64,000 nucleotides of DNA, taken from positions 9,982,001-10,046,000 of the forward strand of contig OZ024760.1 in assembly GCA_964016885.1 (NCBI GenBank), written 5' to 3'. Numbering within the stretch: the stretch's first letter is position 1; each line of letters starts with the position of its first letter. The DNA comes from Eledone cirrhosa. Lineage: Eukaryota. Positions 41,828 through 51,924 of this stretch are shown here, one piece after another. The position numbers and the translations under genes were made by a program. The notes under the pieces are model-generated. The model saw nothing but the letters and a program-made list of their open reading frames with translations. It was not told the origin of the DNA and ran no database searches.

Positions 41828-42380
41828 ATGGTGGCTGCCAACTCGTTTTCGAGTACGGCCACTACTTTATATCCATGTAGGAGAACCCCTACCGATGCGC
41901 TGAACGAGTGTGACTTTTTAGTCCAGCCAGCGACTTGAAAACTCTGGTACAAACACTACACTTGTGACAATTATTGACACATAGTGCTGGGCCCATGGTA
42001 CCATGTGACGACAAGTGCAGAGAGATCTCCAGATATAAAGCAATGCCTGTGCCGTGAAGCTTCTATAGTGAGCAAAGGCACTGCACAAAGCCAGTCCCAC
42101 TCTCTTAACCAAGATGATATTTACCAAAAAGAACATGTCAACATCATTGGATACCATTAGGGTTGCAGGTGTTATATCAGAGTTTTCCTTCTCCTAGAAG
42201 TCTGCCTTGACAAAGGCTAAGGGGTCATCTCTCCCGGTGATTTTGGATGGCCATTGACTCTTAAGAGCTCCTTTGCCCTTTGACAGGTTTTGTTTTTAGT
42301 CTTGCAGGATGTCCAAAGTCACCCTCCTCACCAAGAAACCTTGGTGGGGTTGCCAGTTTAGTCGCCAACGACCCGACCAT
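41828..42380 (-). mobile_element. Non-autonomous RTE-like element flanked by (CATA)n on both sides
   Basis: Reverse complement of 21858-22411 with few differences. Confidence 0.75.
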
Positions 42381-42519
42381 ACATACATACATACATACAT
42401 ACATACATACATACATACATACATACATACATACATACATACTTATTTAAGGTATCAGTAAAATAATAAGGAGCCACTTACATACTGTGTGCATCCTTCA
42501 TTCAATCAGTATGAGCTAA

Positions 42520-43111
42520 TGATAATATTGATTATAATAACGATAATGACGATGTGGACGATGGCGATGGTGGTGGTGGTGGTGGTGGTGGTGGTGGTGG
42601 TAATGAGGATGGTGATAATGATGGCGATGATATGGTGGTGGTTGTGATGTTGGTGGTGATGATGATAAAAATGATGGTGTTGGTTGTGGTGATGATGATG
42701 GGAGTGGTGCTGGTCATGATGATGATGGTGGTGGTGGTTGGTGTTGGTGACGATGATGGTGGTGGTGGTGGTGGTGGTGGTTGGTGTTGATGGTGGTGGT
42801 GGTGGTGGTTGTGGTTGTGTTGATGATGGTGGTAGTGGTGGTGGTGATGGTTGTGTTGATGATGTTGGTGGTGGTGGTGGTTGATGGTGGTGGTGGTGGT
42901 GGTTGTGTTGATGATGATGGTGGTGGTGGCGGTTGTGTTGATGATGGTGGTGGTTGTGATGATGATGATGGTGTTGATGGTGGTGGTGGTGGTGGTGGTT
43001 GGTGTTGATGGTGGTGGTTGTGATGATGATGATGATGATGATGATGAGGATGGCGATGGTTGTTGTTTTGGTGATGATGATGGTGGTGGTGCTTGGTGTT
43101 GGTGCTTGTGA

Positions 43112-43143
<32 letters not shown>

Positions 43144-43360
43144 TTGGTGCTTGTGATGATGATGATGGTGGTTGTGTTGGTGTTGGTGATGATGGTGGCA
43201 ATGGTTGTTGTGTTGATGATGATGATGGTGATGGTGGTGGTGCTTGGTGTTGGCGCTTGTGCTGATGATGATGATGATGATGATGGTGCTGGTGTTGGTG
43301 CTGGTGAGGATGATGATGATGGTGGCGATGGAGGTTGTGTTGATGATGATGATGATGATG
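42520..43360. repeat. (GGT/GAT)n trinucleotide field
   Basis: Directly visible. Confidence 0.9.
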
Positions 43361-43729
43361 TCCCCTATAAATGATTCCTAAAACAGTGTAAATGACAAAT
43401 AAGTGATTCATATATTAAAATCAATATCGTCTCCTTTATCTCGACTTCCTTACACTGTCTTCGTCTGTTCGAGCTCTGCTTTTATTATTACCCTTATTAT
43501 TATTATTATTATTATTGAATGCCATGGTTGACGGAGGCTCGGCTCTGTAAGGTATAGTAATTTTTAACCGTTAAAACAATTGTAAATTGTTTAAAACTTG
43601 AACCAAATTGTTGATAAAGACACCCTCCTCCTCGTGAGAGGGGTCTTTTTGTCCGTTATTTGGCCCTTCGGGGTTAAATAGCCAGTTATTGGGGTTTTGT
43701 ACCCAAAATTTCATTTTAAACAAAAAAAC

Positions 43730-45823
43730 ATGGCTACCAAAAAAAAAAAATTTCATACGTCACTCCCACTCATTCCGTCTTCTTCTTCCTCAATCATCAC
43801 TACAGGAGAGAGAAGATTGTCTCTCTCCCTCCCTTCTTTAAATGTGTCTCTCTCCCTACCTTCTCTTTCGCAAGCGACGAAAGAAAAGAAAAGTCTCGTG
43901 CAAAGCGTGCAAGGTTTCTCCACGACGACGACGACAGCGACGAAACAGGTGTGCGGGAAATACGAAAACCCAGTTCATTCGTCTGACGTCAGGAATAATA
44001 GCAGTAGCAGCCGTAATAACAACAGCAACAGTGACAATGAAAACAACAGTAGCAGCCGCAACAGCATCACCAGCAGCATAAACAACAACAGCATTAGCAG
44101 CAGCAACACCAACAACAACCACAGCAACAGCGGCGGAGGCAGTAGTCGTAGTACCTGCAGCAACAACAAAAGTACCAGCAGCTCTGACGACAACAACAAC
44201 AGCAGAGAAAAACCAATCTCATTTGCAGGTATTGCGAAAAACCTGGAAACAATCCTCATAACAAATGAGGAATTAGAGGAAGCGAAGAAGATGGTGACAA
44301 AGAACGGACACCGAGCAATCTGCAAGGCAGCGAAAAATTTTTTCGAAACCCAAGAGCACTGTACGGTCACGTACCGTACAGTAAGTACAAAATCCCGTAG
44401 GGTGGAAAGAGCCACAGAGGCCCAAATACAAAAAGCCTTGGGGTCTGTGTGGCAGAGGAAAACGCACATCACCCGAGGCAAAAAATACGCCACCGTAGAC
44501 GTACTTTTTGCCACACCCCAGGAGGCAAAGGCCCAATCAGTAGTGACCCTAAGGAGCGAGGAAATGGTGTTGGTGCCCTCCTACTGCGGGCAAAAAATTG
44601 TGAGGGTCAAACTGACCCACGTCCCCCCCGGAATGACCCCTTCTTGGCTGGCCGCGTCTGTCCTCGTCGGAATCGAGGACAAAACAACTGTACTGCAAGT
44701 ACAGAAAAAAGTAAGAGAAGATTGGGTCGGCTCCTCCATTGAGATGCTAATCCAAACCAACCAGGAGTGCATCGAAGCTATCCCGGATGTGATAGACTTC
44801 GATAACGGCACTCAACTGCCCATAAGTGTTGAGGGCAAACGCCCGAAATGCTTTCGCTGTGGATCGAAGACTCACCTCAGGGCCTTCTGCAACGAGAAGA
44901 CCCTGAGAAAGGAGAAAACCCCCCTCCTCCCGAATCCGGTTCCACGGCTACCAGCAACAGGACAAGCGGCAACCAGGAACGATAGGTCCGTGGCACCCAT
45001 ACCCACTCCACGGAAATCAAAGACAGCAGCAGCAGTGGAAATATTAACAACAACAACAGCAATACCAAATGCAGCTGCAACAGAGACTCCAGTGCAAACA
45101 TCACCAACAACAACAAGTGAAAGAGTGGAGCTGGTACCCCTCCCCGACCTTACAGAATCAGACATGGAGTGTGAGGTGGGAGAGGGATGGCAAAAGGTCT
45201 CAAGAAGGCACAAACGCAGAAGCAGCGCATCGTCGCCTTTGAAAAGGGAGGAAAGAAATGAGAAAAGGGTAAAGTCTACTGCAAAGAGACCCACAGCAGC
45301 AACACCACCAACACCATCACCACCCACACCAGCACCACCATCACCACCGGCGACAACCCCACCGCCAACAACACCTTCAACACCACAAGCACCAACATCG
45401 CAAACACAACAACAAAACACACACACCCAGCAACAACGACAAGAAAATAGCAGAACCACACCCCACCCCCAGAAAAACAAATGCACGGCAATAAACACAC
45501 ACAACAAGAAACTAATGACTTACATAATTGAACACACAGACATTTCACAACAGGACTACATAATACCAGCACCAATCAAAACGCCAACTAACATAAGACT
45601 ACTAAAAATAGCACAGAAACAATACACAAACATTAAAACGAAATTCCCCAACGCAGTTGGTGATTTCAGGGACCTAGGAGGAACCATTAATCGAAGAGTA
45701 TATTCAGACATTCTCTTAGAAGAGCCGACGACCAGCCGAAGGGACGATTCAACGGTCCCTTCACCAGACGATCAAGTGAAAAGGGATGTAAAAACCATCC
45801 CTCCTCTACCAAAAATACGGTAA
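43730..45823 (+). CDS. Tx1 ORF1 (gag-like nucleic-acid-binding protein, CCHC knuckle)
   Basis: ATG in ACATGG context at 43730; CFRCGSKTHLRAFC zinc knuckle; S/N-rich and P/T-rich low-complexity segments. Confidence 0.88.
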   Translation: MATKKKKFHTSLPLIPSSSSSIITTGERRLSLSLPSLNVSLSLPSLSQATKEKKSLVQSVQGFSTTTTTATKQVCGKYENPVHSSDVRNNSSSSRNNNSNSDNENNSSSRNSITSSINNNSISSSNTNNNHSNSGGGSSRSTCSNNKSTSSSDDNNNSREKPISFAGIAKNLETILITNEELEEAKKMVTKNGHRAICKAAKNFFETQEHCTVTYRTVSTKSRRVERATEAQIQKALGSVWQRKTHITRGKKYATVDVLFATPQEAKAQSVVTLRSEEMVLVPSYCGQKIVRVKLTHVPPGMTPSWLAASVLVGIEDKTTVLQVQKKVREDWVGSSIEMLIQTNQECIEAIPDVIDFDNGTQLPISVEGKRPKCFRCGSKTHLRAFCNEKTLRKEKTPLLPNPVPRLPATGQAATRNDRSVAPIPTPRKSKTAAAVEILTTTTAIPNAAATETPVQTSPTTTSERVELVPLPDLTESDMECEVGEGWQKVSRRHKRRSSASSPLKREERNEKRVKSTAKRPTAATPPTPSPPTPAPPSPPATTPPPTTPSTPQAPTSQTQQQNTHTQQQRQENSRTTPHPQKNKCTAINTHNKKLMTYIIEHTDISQQDYIIPAPIKTPTNIRLLKIAQKQYTNIKTKFPNAVGDFRDLGGTINRRVYSDILLEEPTTSRRDDSTVPSPDDQVKRDVKTIPPLPKIR

Positions 45824-45858
45824 GTGGTCTTTCCCATCTTTTCCACTCTATTTTAAAC

Positions 45859-48800
45859 ATGACCTCACTCAGAATAGGCAGCATAAATGCGCGTGGCTTG
45901 GGGTCGTCATGGAAGCAGGGTCACCTGCTCAACGACCTCAGGTCACTAAACATAGATGTAGTGGCCATCAGCGAGACCAGAATCTCCGAAGCACGGGCCT
46001 TCGCACCGATCTTCGGCGGCTACGATGTGTACGCATCTCCCAGCCGTCCTGGATCCGGTGGAGGAGTTGCTGTGCTTTTTCGGAGAGGTTTGGATCTCGC
46101 CATACGGGCCATCTTCCTGGACCCAGAGGGTAAGCTGGTGGTGCTGGACGTGACCAGCGGAGACGGGCAAGCTTTCAGGCTAGTGGCCGTCTATGCCCCG
46201 ACAGGAGCAGGGCGGCCTGATTTCTTCCGGCGTCTGGAGACCTTTCTTGGAACGTCCCGCTCTTTAGTGTTAGTGGGCGACTGGAACGGGATCTTAGATG
46301 CACGCTGGGACTGTGTGGGATTAGCGGATAGGGGTGGAGGGTGCAAGAGCCTCACCAACCTGCTCAGGCGTTTTGAACTGTCTGACAGGTACCGATTGGA
46401 TTTCCCGAATGTGCCAATGTGGACTTGGACAAACCGCATAGGGTCATCCAGATCATATCTAGATAGAGTATTTTGTAGGGAAATAGATAGGTCTAGCATA
46501 GGCTGTCCACAATTCAAGATAGTCAGCTACACGGACCACAAATTCGTGATCTGTGTGCTTGACTTAGATAGGCTTCATAGACGAGGACCCGGCTACTGGA
46601 AGCTAAACGCGTCCTTACCAGCGCGCAAGGCCTACAGAGACCGGATTAGCGAACTAGTTAAACGGGCGTTGACGGGGGCCATCGTCAACAACAAGTGGTG
46701 GTTTGCTCTGAAAAGAGCGATTAGAATAGAATCGATTAGGTTTAGTAAGGCTTTAGCAATAGAGAAAAATAGAGCAGAGGGAGAACTAGTTAGAAAATTA
46801 GACGAGGCGCTTAGCAAAGGCATTGCGACCGACGTGCTTGCGGCGAAATTGGCCCTTGACCAATTCTTCAATGCAAAGCACGAAGGCTGCGTTGTCAGAG
46901 CAAGGGTGCGTGCTCTCAGACACGAGGGGACGAAAGCCGTTCAATGGGCCCGAGTGGCGGAGGCGCGTCGTGGCAACAAAGCCACGATCCGGTCTTTGGT
47001 GGACCACGACGGGCGCATGCTACTCGATCCCGGGCAAATGTGTGAAGCTTTTCAGCGACACTTCGCTCAGCTGTTCGGGGGCAGCGGGGGGCCGGGTAGA
47101 GGGATGGACTTTAGTGTCTACCTCGACGGACTGCCGCGGCTCTCGGCCACTGAGGCGAGGTGTTGCGAAAAGCCGATAACAGCCGCTGAAGTACGGGAGG
47201 CAATGACTGGCTGCACAAGGGGTAAATCGCCTGGTTTGGATGGTCTGCCCTATGAACTTTACGTACAGATGCCAGACTTGTTCGGAGGCCTCTTGGCGGA
47301 CGTCTACTGCAACTGGCAACAGAACGGGAGAATTCCCAGTTCTGTGAGCCGAGGAGCGGTGGCACTGCTGAGAAAGGATCCGAACAAGGGGGATAACATA
47401 GACAATTTCCGGCCCATAACTCTGCTAAACACAGAGTTTAAGATTTTGGCCAAGGTGCTAGCAAAGAGGTTGGCGCTTGTCGTTGGTGGTCTGGTGGGAG
47501 AGGCGCAGACATGCGCCATTCCCGACAGATCCATCCACGACAACCTCCACCTCATGCGATACATCGTAGAGAGGGTAGCTAGGGAACCTGGCACGGGTGG
47601 GTCCTTGATCAATTTAGATCAGTCGAAAGCTTTCGATAGGGTCGACCATCGTTACCTAGCGGCAGTCCTGAGGGCGGCTGGCTTTGGGCCCGTCTTCAGA
47701 GGCTGGATCGCTGCCATGCACAGCGACATCTGCTCTGTGGTGAGAGTGAACGGTCACCTGTCGGAACCGTTCAACATCATGCGCTCGGTCCGCCAAGGAT
47801 GTCCCCTCTCGTCCCTCTTGTACGTATTGACTCTCGAGCCATTACTGCACAAACTGGAGACGTTGAGGGGAGTCCCGCGCGAACTAGGATGCGGAAGATC
47901 CGTGTCAGCATATGCGGACGATGTCACCGTAGTGGTGTCGAACGCCAAACACATCGAGGCGATCGGCACTACACTAAGAGAATACGAAGCGGTGACAGGA
48001 GCAATGATCAACCAGGAAAAGTCAGTGGGCCTGCAGCTCGGCACCTGGAGAGGCAGGTCCATGCCGTCCAACAGCGTCGTCGGGCGCTGGACGGACGGAC
48101 CGGTTAAATTGCTAGGGGTCTGGTTCGGTCCGGACCTCCAGACGGACAAAAACTGGGACGAGGTGACGAGCAGGGTGGCTTCTCTCACCCAGAAATGGGC
48201 GGAGAGGAAGCTATCCCTGAAAGGTCGAGCGGAGGTGGCTAACGCGTACATCGCGTCTGTCATCTGCTACCGCCTAACCGTCGTACCTTGTCCTAAGCCT
48301 CGCCTGACTGCGCTGGAGCGTTTGCTCTTTCGCTTTTTGTGGATGGGACGTGCTCCGATGGTCAGGCGGTCCATCTGTTGTCAACACCCGCTACGTGGAG
48401 GGCTGGGCATGCCGTGGCTGATGATGCGCAGGCACGCGCTCAGGCTACGACATCTCCACCTCTTCCTCGACGGTGATCAGGTGTGGTCGCCGTTTGCTAG
48501 ACGCGTTTTTCCCCAGCTCGTTTCCTTGACGGAGCTGCAGTCCTGGGTCAAGCGAAGACCGAGAGGGAGCGCCTGGAGACTGGAATGTCTTCAGGCGCTC
48601 ACAGCCCTCGACCAATCGGGCAATGTGATCGGTGGAAACTCCACCTCGGCGTTCTATAGAGGATTAGTGGAGGGGAAGAGCGACGACGTACTTGGGGAAA
48701 CTCTAGGCGTCGACGAAAATCAACTAGCCAATCTCTTCGGAAGAACTTTCGGGCCAGGGCCTATGGACAACTTCCAGAAATCTCTGGCCTGGCAGTGCTA

Positions 48801-49278
48801 CCGAGGAGCCTTGCCAGTTCGGGATAAACTCTACAGGCATGGAGGTGCCGTCAGCCGGGCATGTCCGAGATGCGCGCAGGGCGACGAAACCGTCCTGCAC
48901 GCACTCGTCCAGTGTCCGAAAATTGCTGACTTGTGGGTTTATGTCGAACACCTGCTGTCGCGTTTAGGACGGATCCAGCTATCATCTGAGTCTATCGTGA
49001 GGATTGCCCCGCCCTCCTCCTTTAGCCGGGAAGGGCAGGCAGTTTTTATCTGTCTGGTGGCCATGGCGAAAGAGATAGTATGGTGGACACGTTTGAAAGG
49101 GCTGAAGACGAGCACTTACCTCTTCGGTGATGCTCTGATTGACTTTTTCAAATTTCATTTGAAAAGGAAAATCAGAGTAGAGAGGGAAGTGCTCTCTTCC
49201 CAGCATTTTGTTGAAAGATGGGTGAGAGAAGCAAGAATGGCCCGAGTGAATGGGCCGACTCTGAGTATATATCTGTAA
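45859..49278 (+). CDS. Tx1 ORF2: AP endonuclease + reverse transcriptase + C-terminal CCHC
   Basis: APE motifs SINARG, SET, VYAP, GDWN, SYLD, TDH; RT motifs KSPGLDG, FRPITLLN, LDQSKAFDRV, RQGCPLS, YADD; CPRC..ETVLHALVQC. Confidence 0.97.
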   Translation: MTSLRIGSINARGLGSSWKQGHLLNDLRSLNIDVVAISETRISEARAFAPIFGGYDVYASPSRPGSGGGVAVLFRRGLDLAIRAIFLDPEGKLVVLDVTSGDGQAFRLVAVYAPTGAGRPDFFRRLETFLGTSRSLVLVGDWNGILDARWDCVGLADRGGGCKSLTNLLRRFELSDRYRLDFPNVPMWTWTNRIGSSRSYLDRVFCREIDRSSIGCPQFKIVSYTDHKFVICVLDLDRLHRRGPGYWKLNASLPARKAYRDRISELVKRALTGAIVNNKWWFALKRAIRIESIRFSKALAIEKNRAEGELVRKLDEALSKGIATDVLAAKLALDQFFNAKHEGCVVRARVRALRHEGTKAVQWARVAEARRGNKATIRSLVDHDGRMLLDPGQMCEAFQRHFAQLFGGSGGPGRGMDFSVYLDGLPRLSATEARCCEKPITAAEVREAMTGCTRGKSPGLDGLPYELYVQMPDLFGGLLADVYCNWQQNGRIPSSVSRGAVALLRKDPNKGDNIDNFRPITLLNTEFKILAKVLAKRLALVVGGLVGEAQTCAIPDRSIHDNLHLMRYIVERVAREPGTGGSLINLDQSKAFDRVDHRYLAAVLRAAGFGPVFRGWIAAMHSDICSVVRVNGHLSEPFNIMRSVRQGCPLSSLLYVLTLEPLLHKLETLRGVPRELGCGRSVSAYADDVTVVVSNAKHIEAIGTTLREYEAVTGAMINQEKSVGLQLGTWRGRSMPSNSVVGRWTDGPVKLLGVWFGPDLQTDKNWDEVTSRVASLTQKWAERKLSLKGRAEVANAYIASVICYRLTVVPCPKPRLTALERLLFRFLWMGRAPMVRRSICCQHPLRGGLGMPWLMMRRHALRLRHLHLFLDGDQVWSPFARRVFPQLVSLTELQSWVKRRPRGSAWRLECLQALTALDQSGNVIGGNSTSAFYRGLVEGKSDDVLGETLGVDENQLANLFGRTFGPGPMDNFQKSLAWQCYRGALPVRDKLYRHGGAVSRACPRCAQGDETVLHALVQCPKIADLWVYVEHLLSRLGRIQLSSESIVRIAPPSSFSREGQAVFICLVAMAKEIVWWTRLKGLKTSTYLFGDALIDFFKFHLKRKIRVEREVLSSQHFVERWVREARMARVNGPTLSIYL

Positions 49279-49788
49279 ACTAAAGGTGGAAAACTGGGAG
49301 AGGGCACTTGCCTTGGTGGTCAGGGTCATTGTGGCTTTTTACTGGGCTTTCTCCACAAATGTCCCTCCGAAGTCTCCCCCCTATTGGGGAATTTTTCATT
49401 GTTATTTTCATTGTTATTTTTGTTACATCCTCTGTTTTTGTTTTTTTTTACACGCAGAAATGCCCATTTGTACCGTCCTGCATTGTCCTGCACTGTCCTT
49501 AATGTCTACTTTATGTAAACCCTTGTGGTTAATAAAGAAATCATTATTACCCTTATTATTATTATTATTATTATTGAATGCCATGGTTGACGGAGGCTCG
49601 GCTCTGTAAGGTATAGTAATTTTTAACCGTTAAAACAATTGTAAATTGTTTAAAACTTGAACCAAATTGTTGATAAAGACACCCTCCTCCTCGTGAGAGG
49701 GGTCTTTTTGTCCGTTATTTGGCCCTTCGGGGTTAAATAACCAGTTATTGGGGTTTTGTACCCAAAATTTCATTTTAAACAAAAAAAC

Positions 49789-51889
49789 ATGGCTACCAAA
49801 AAAAAAAAATTTCATACGTCACTCCCACTCATTCCGTCTTCTTCTTCCTCAATCATCACTACAGGAGAGAGAAGATTGTCTCTCTCCCTCCCTTCTTTAA
49901 ATGTGTCTCTCTCCCTACCTTCTCTTTCGCAAGCGACGAAAGAAAAGAAAAGTCTCGTGCAAAGCGTGCAAGGTTTCTCCACGACGACGACGACAGCGAC
50001 GAAACAGGTGTGCGGGAAATACGAAAACCCAGTTCATTCGTCTGACGTCAGGAATAATAGCAGTAGCAGCCGTAATAACAACAGCAACAGTGACAATGAA
50101 AACAACAGTAGCAGCCGCAACAGCATCACCAGCAGCATAAACAACAACAGCATTAGCAGCAGCAACACCAACAACAACCACAGCAACAGCGGCGGAGGCA
50201 GTAGTCGTAGTACCTGCAGCAACAACAAAAGTACCAGCAGCTCTGACGACAACAACAACAGCAGAGAAAAACCAATCTCATTTGCAGGTATTGCGAAAAA
50301 CCTGGAAACAATCCTCATAACAAATGAGGAATTAGAGGAAGCGAAGAAGATGGTGACAAAGAACGGACACCGAGCAATCTGCAAGGCAGCGAAAAATTTT
50401 TTCGAAACCCAAGAGCACTGTACGGTCACGTACCGTACAGTAAGTACAAAATCCCGTAGGGTGGAAAGAGCCACAGAGGCCCAAATACAAAAAGCCTTGG
50501 GGTCTGTGTGGCAGAGGAAAACGCACATCACCCGAGGCAAAAAAATACGCCACCGTAGACGTACTTTTTGCCACACCCCAGGAGGCAAAGGCCCAATCAG
50601 TAGTGACCCTAAGGAGCGAGGAAATGGTGTTGGTGCCCTCCTACTGCGGGCAAAAAATTGTGAGGGTCAAACTGACCCACGTCCCCCCCGGAATGACCCC
50701 TTCTTGGCTGGCCGCGTCTGTCCTCGTCGGAATCGAGGACAAAACAACTGTACTGCAAGTACAGAAAAAAGTAAGAGAAGATTGGGTCGGCTCCTCCATT
50801 GAGATGCTAATCCAAACCAACCAGGAGTGCATCGAAGCTATCCCGGATGTGATAGACTTCGATAACGGCACTCAACTGCCCATAAGTGTTGAGGGCAAAC
50901 GCCCAAAATGCTTTCGCTGTGGATCGAAGACTCACCTCAGGGCCTTCTGCAACGAGAAGACCATGAGAAAGGAGAAAACCCCCCTCCTCCCGAATCCGGT
51001 TCCACGGCTACCAGCAACAGGACAAGCGGCAACCAGGAACGATAGGTCCGTGGCACCCATACCCACTCCACGGAAATCAAAGACAGCAGCAGCAGTGGAA
51101 ATATTAACAACAACAACAGCAATACCAAATGCAGCTGCAACAGAGACTCCAGTGCAAACATCACCAACAACAACAAGTGAAAGAGTGGAGCTGGTACCCC
51201 TCCCCGACCTTACAGAATCAGACATGGAGTGTGAGGTGGGAGAGGGATGGCAAAAGGTCGTAAGAAGGCACAAACGCAGAAGCAGCGCATCGTCGCCTTT
51301 GAAAAGGGAGGAAAGAAATGAGAAAAGGGTAAAGTCTACTGCAAAGAGACCCACAGCAGCAACACCACCAACACCATCACCACCCACACCAGCACCACCA
51401 TCACCACCGGCGACAACCCCACCGCCAACAACACCTTCAACACCACCACCACAAGCACCAACATCGCAAACACAACAACAAAACACACACACCCAGCAAC
51501 AACGACAAGAAAATAGCAGAACCACACCCCACCCCCAGAAAAACAAATGCACGGCAATAAACACACACAACAAGAAACTAATGACTTACATAATTGAACA
51601 CACAGACATTTCACAACAGGACTACATAATACCAGCACCAATCAAAACGCCAACTAACATAAGACTGCTAAAAATAGCACAGAAACAATACACAAACATT
51701 AAAACGAAATTCCCCAACGCAGTTGGTGATTTCAGGGACCTAGGAGGAACCATTAATCGAAGAGTATATTCAGACATTCTCTTAGAAGAGCCGACGACCA
51801 GCCGAAGGGACGATTCAACGGTCCCTTCACCAGACGATCAAGTGAAAAGGGATGTAAAAACCATCCCTCCTCTACCAAAAGTACGGTAA
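49789..51889 (+). pseudogene. Tx1 ORF1 copy 2 with +1 frameshift
   Basis: A7 at 50539-50545 versus A6 at 44480-44485 splits ORF1; may be a homopolymer sequencing error. Confidence 0.75.
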
Positions 51890-51924
51890 GTGGTCTTTCC
51901 CATCTTTTCCACTCTATTTTAAAC

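Larger units (their letters stand above)
43517..49542 (+). mobile_element. Full-length Tx1-clade (L1 group) non-LTR retrotransposon, copy 1, both ORFs intact
   Basis: 5'UTR, ORF1, 35-nt spacer, ORF2, 3'UTR with AATAAA at 49531; flanked by identical 33-bp ATTATTACCC(TTA)7TT. Confidence 0.95.

Noticed and set aside
43610-43700. HDV-like ribozyme fit in the Tx1 5'UTR (UCCUCGU resembles L3)
   Set aside because: Could not assign convincing P1, P1.1 or the catalytic J4/2; retained only as a generic structured RNA
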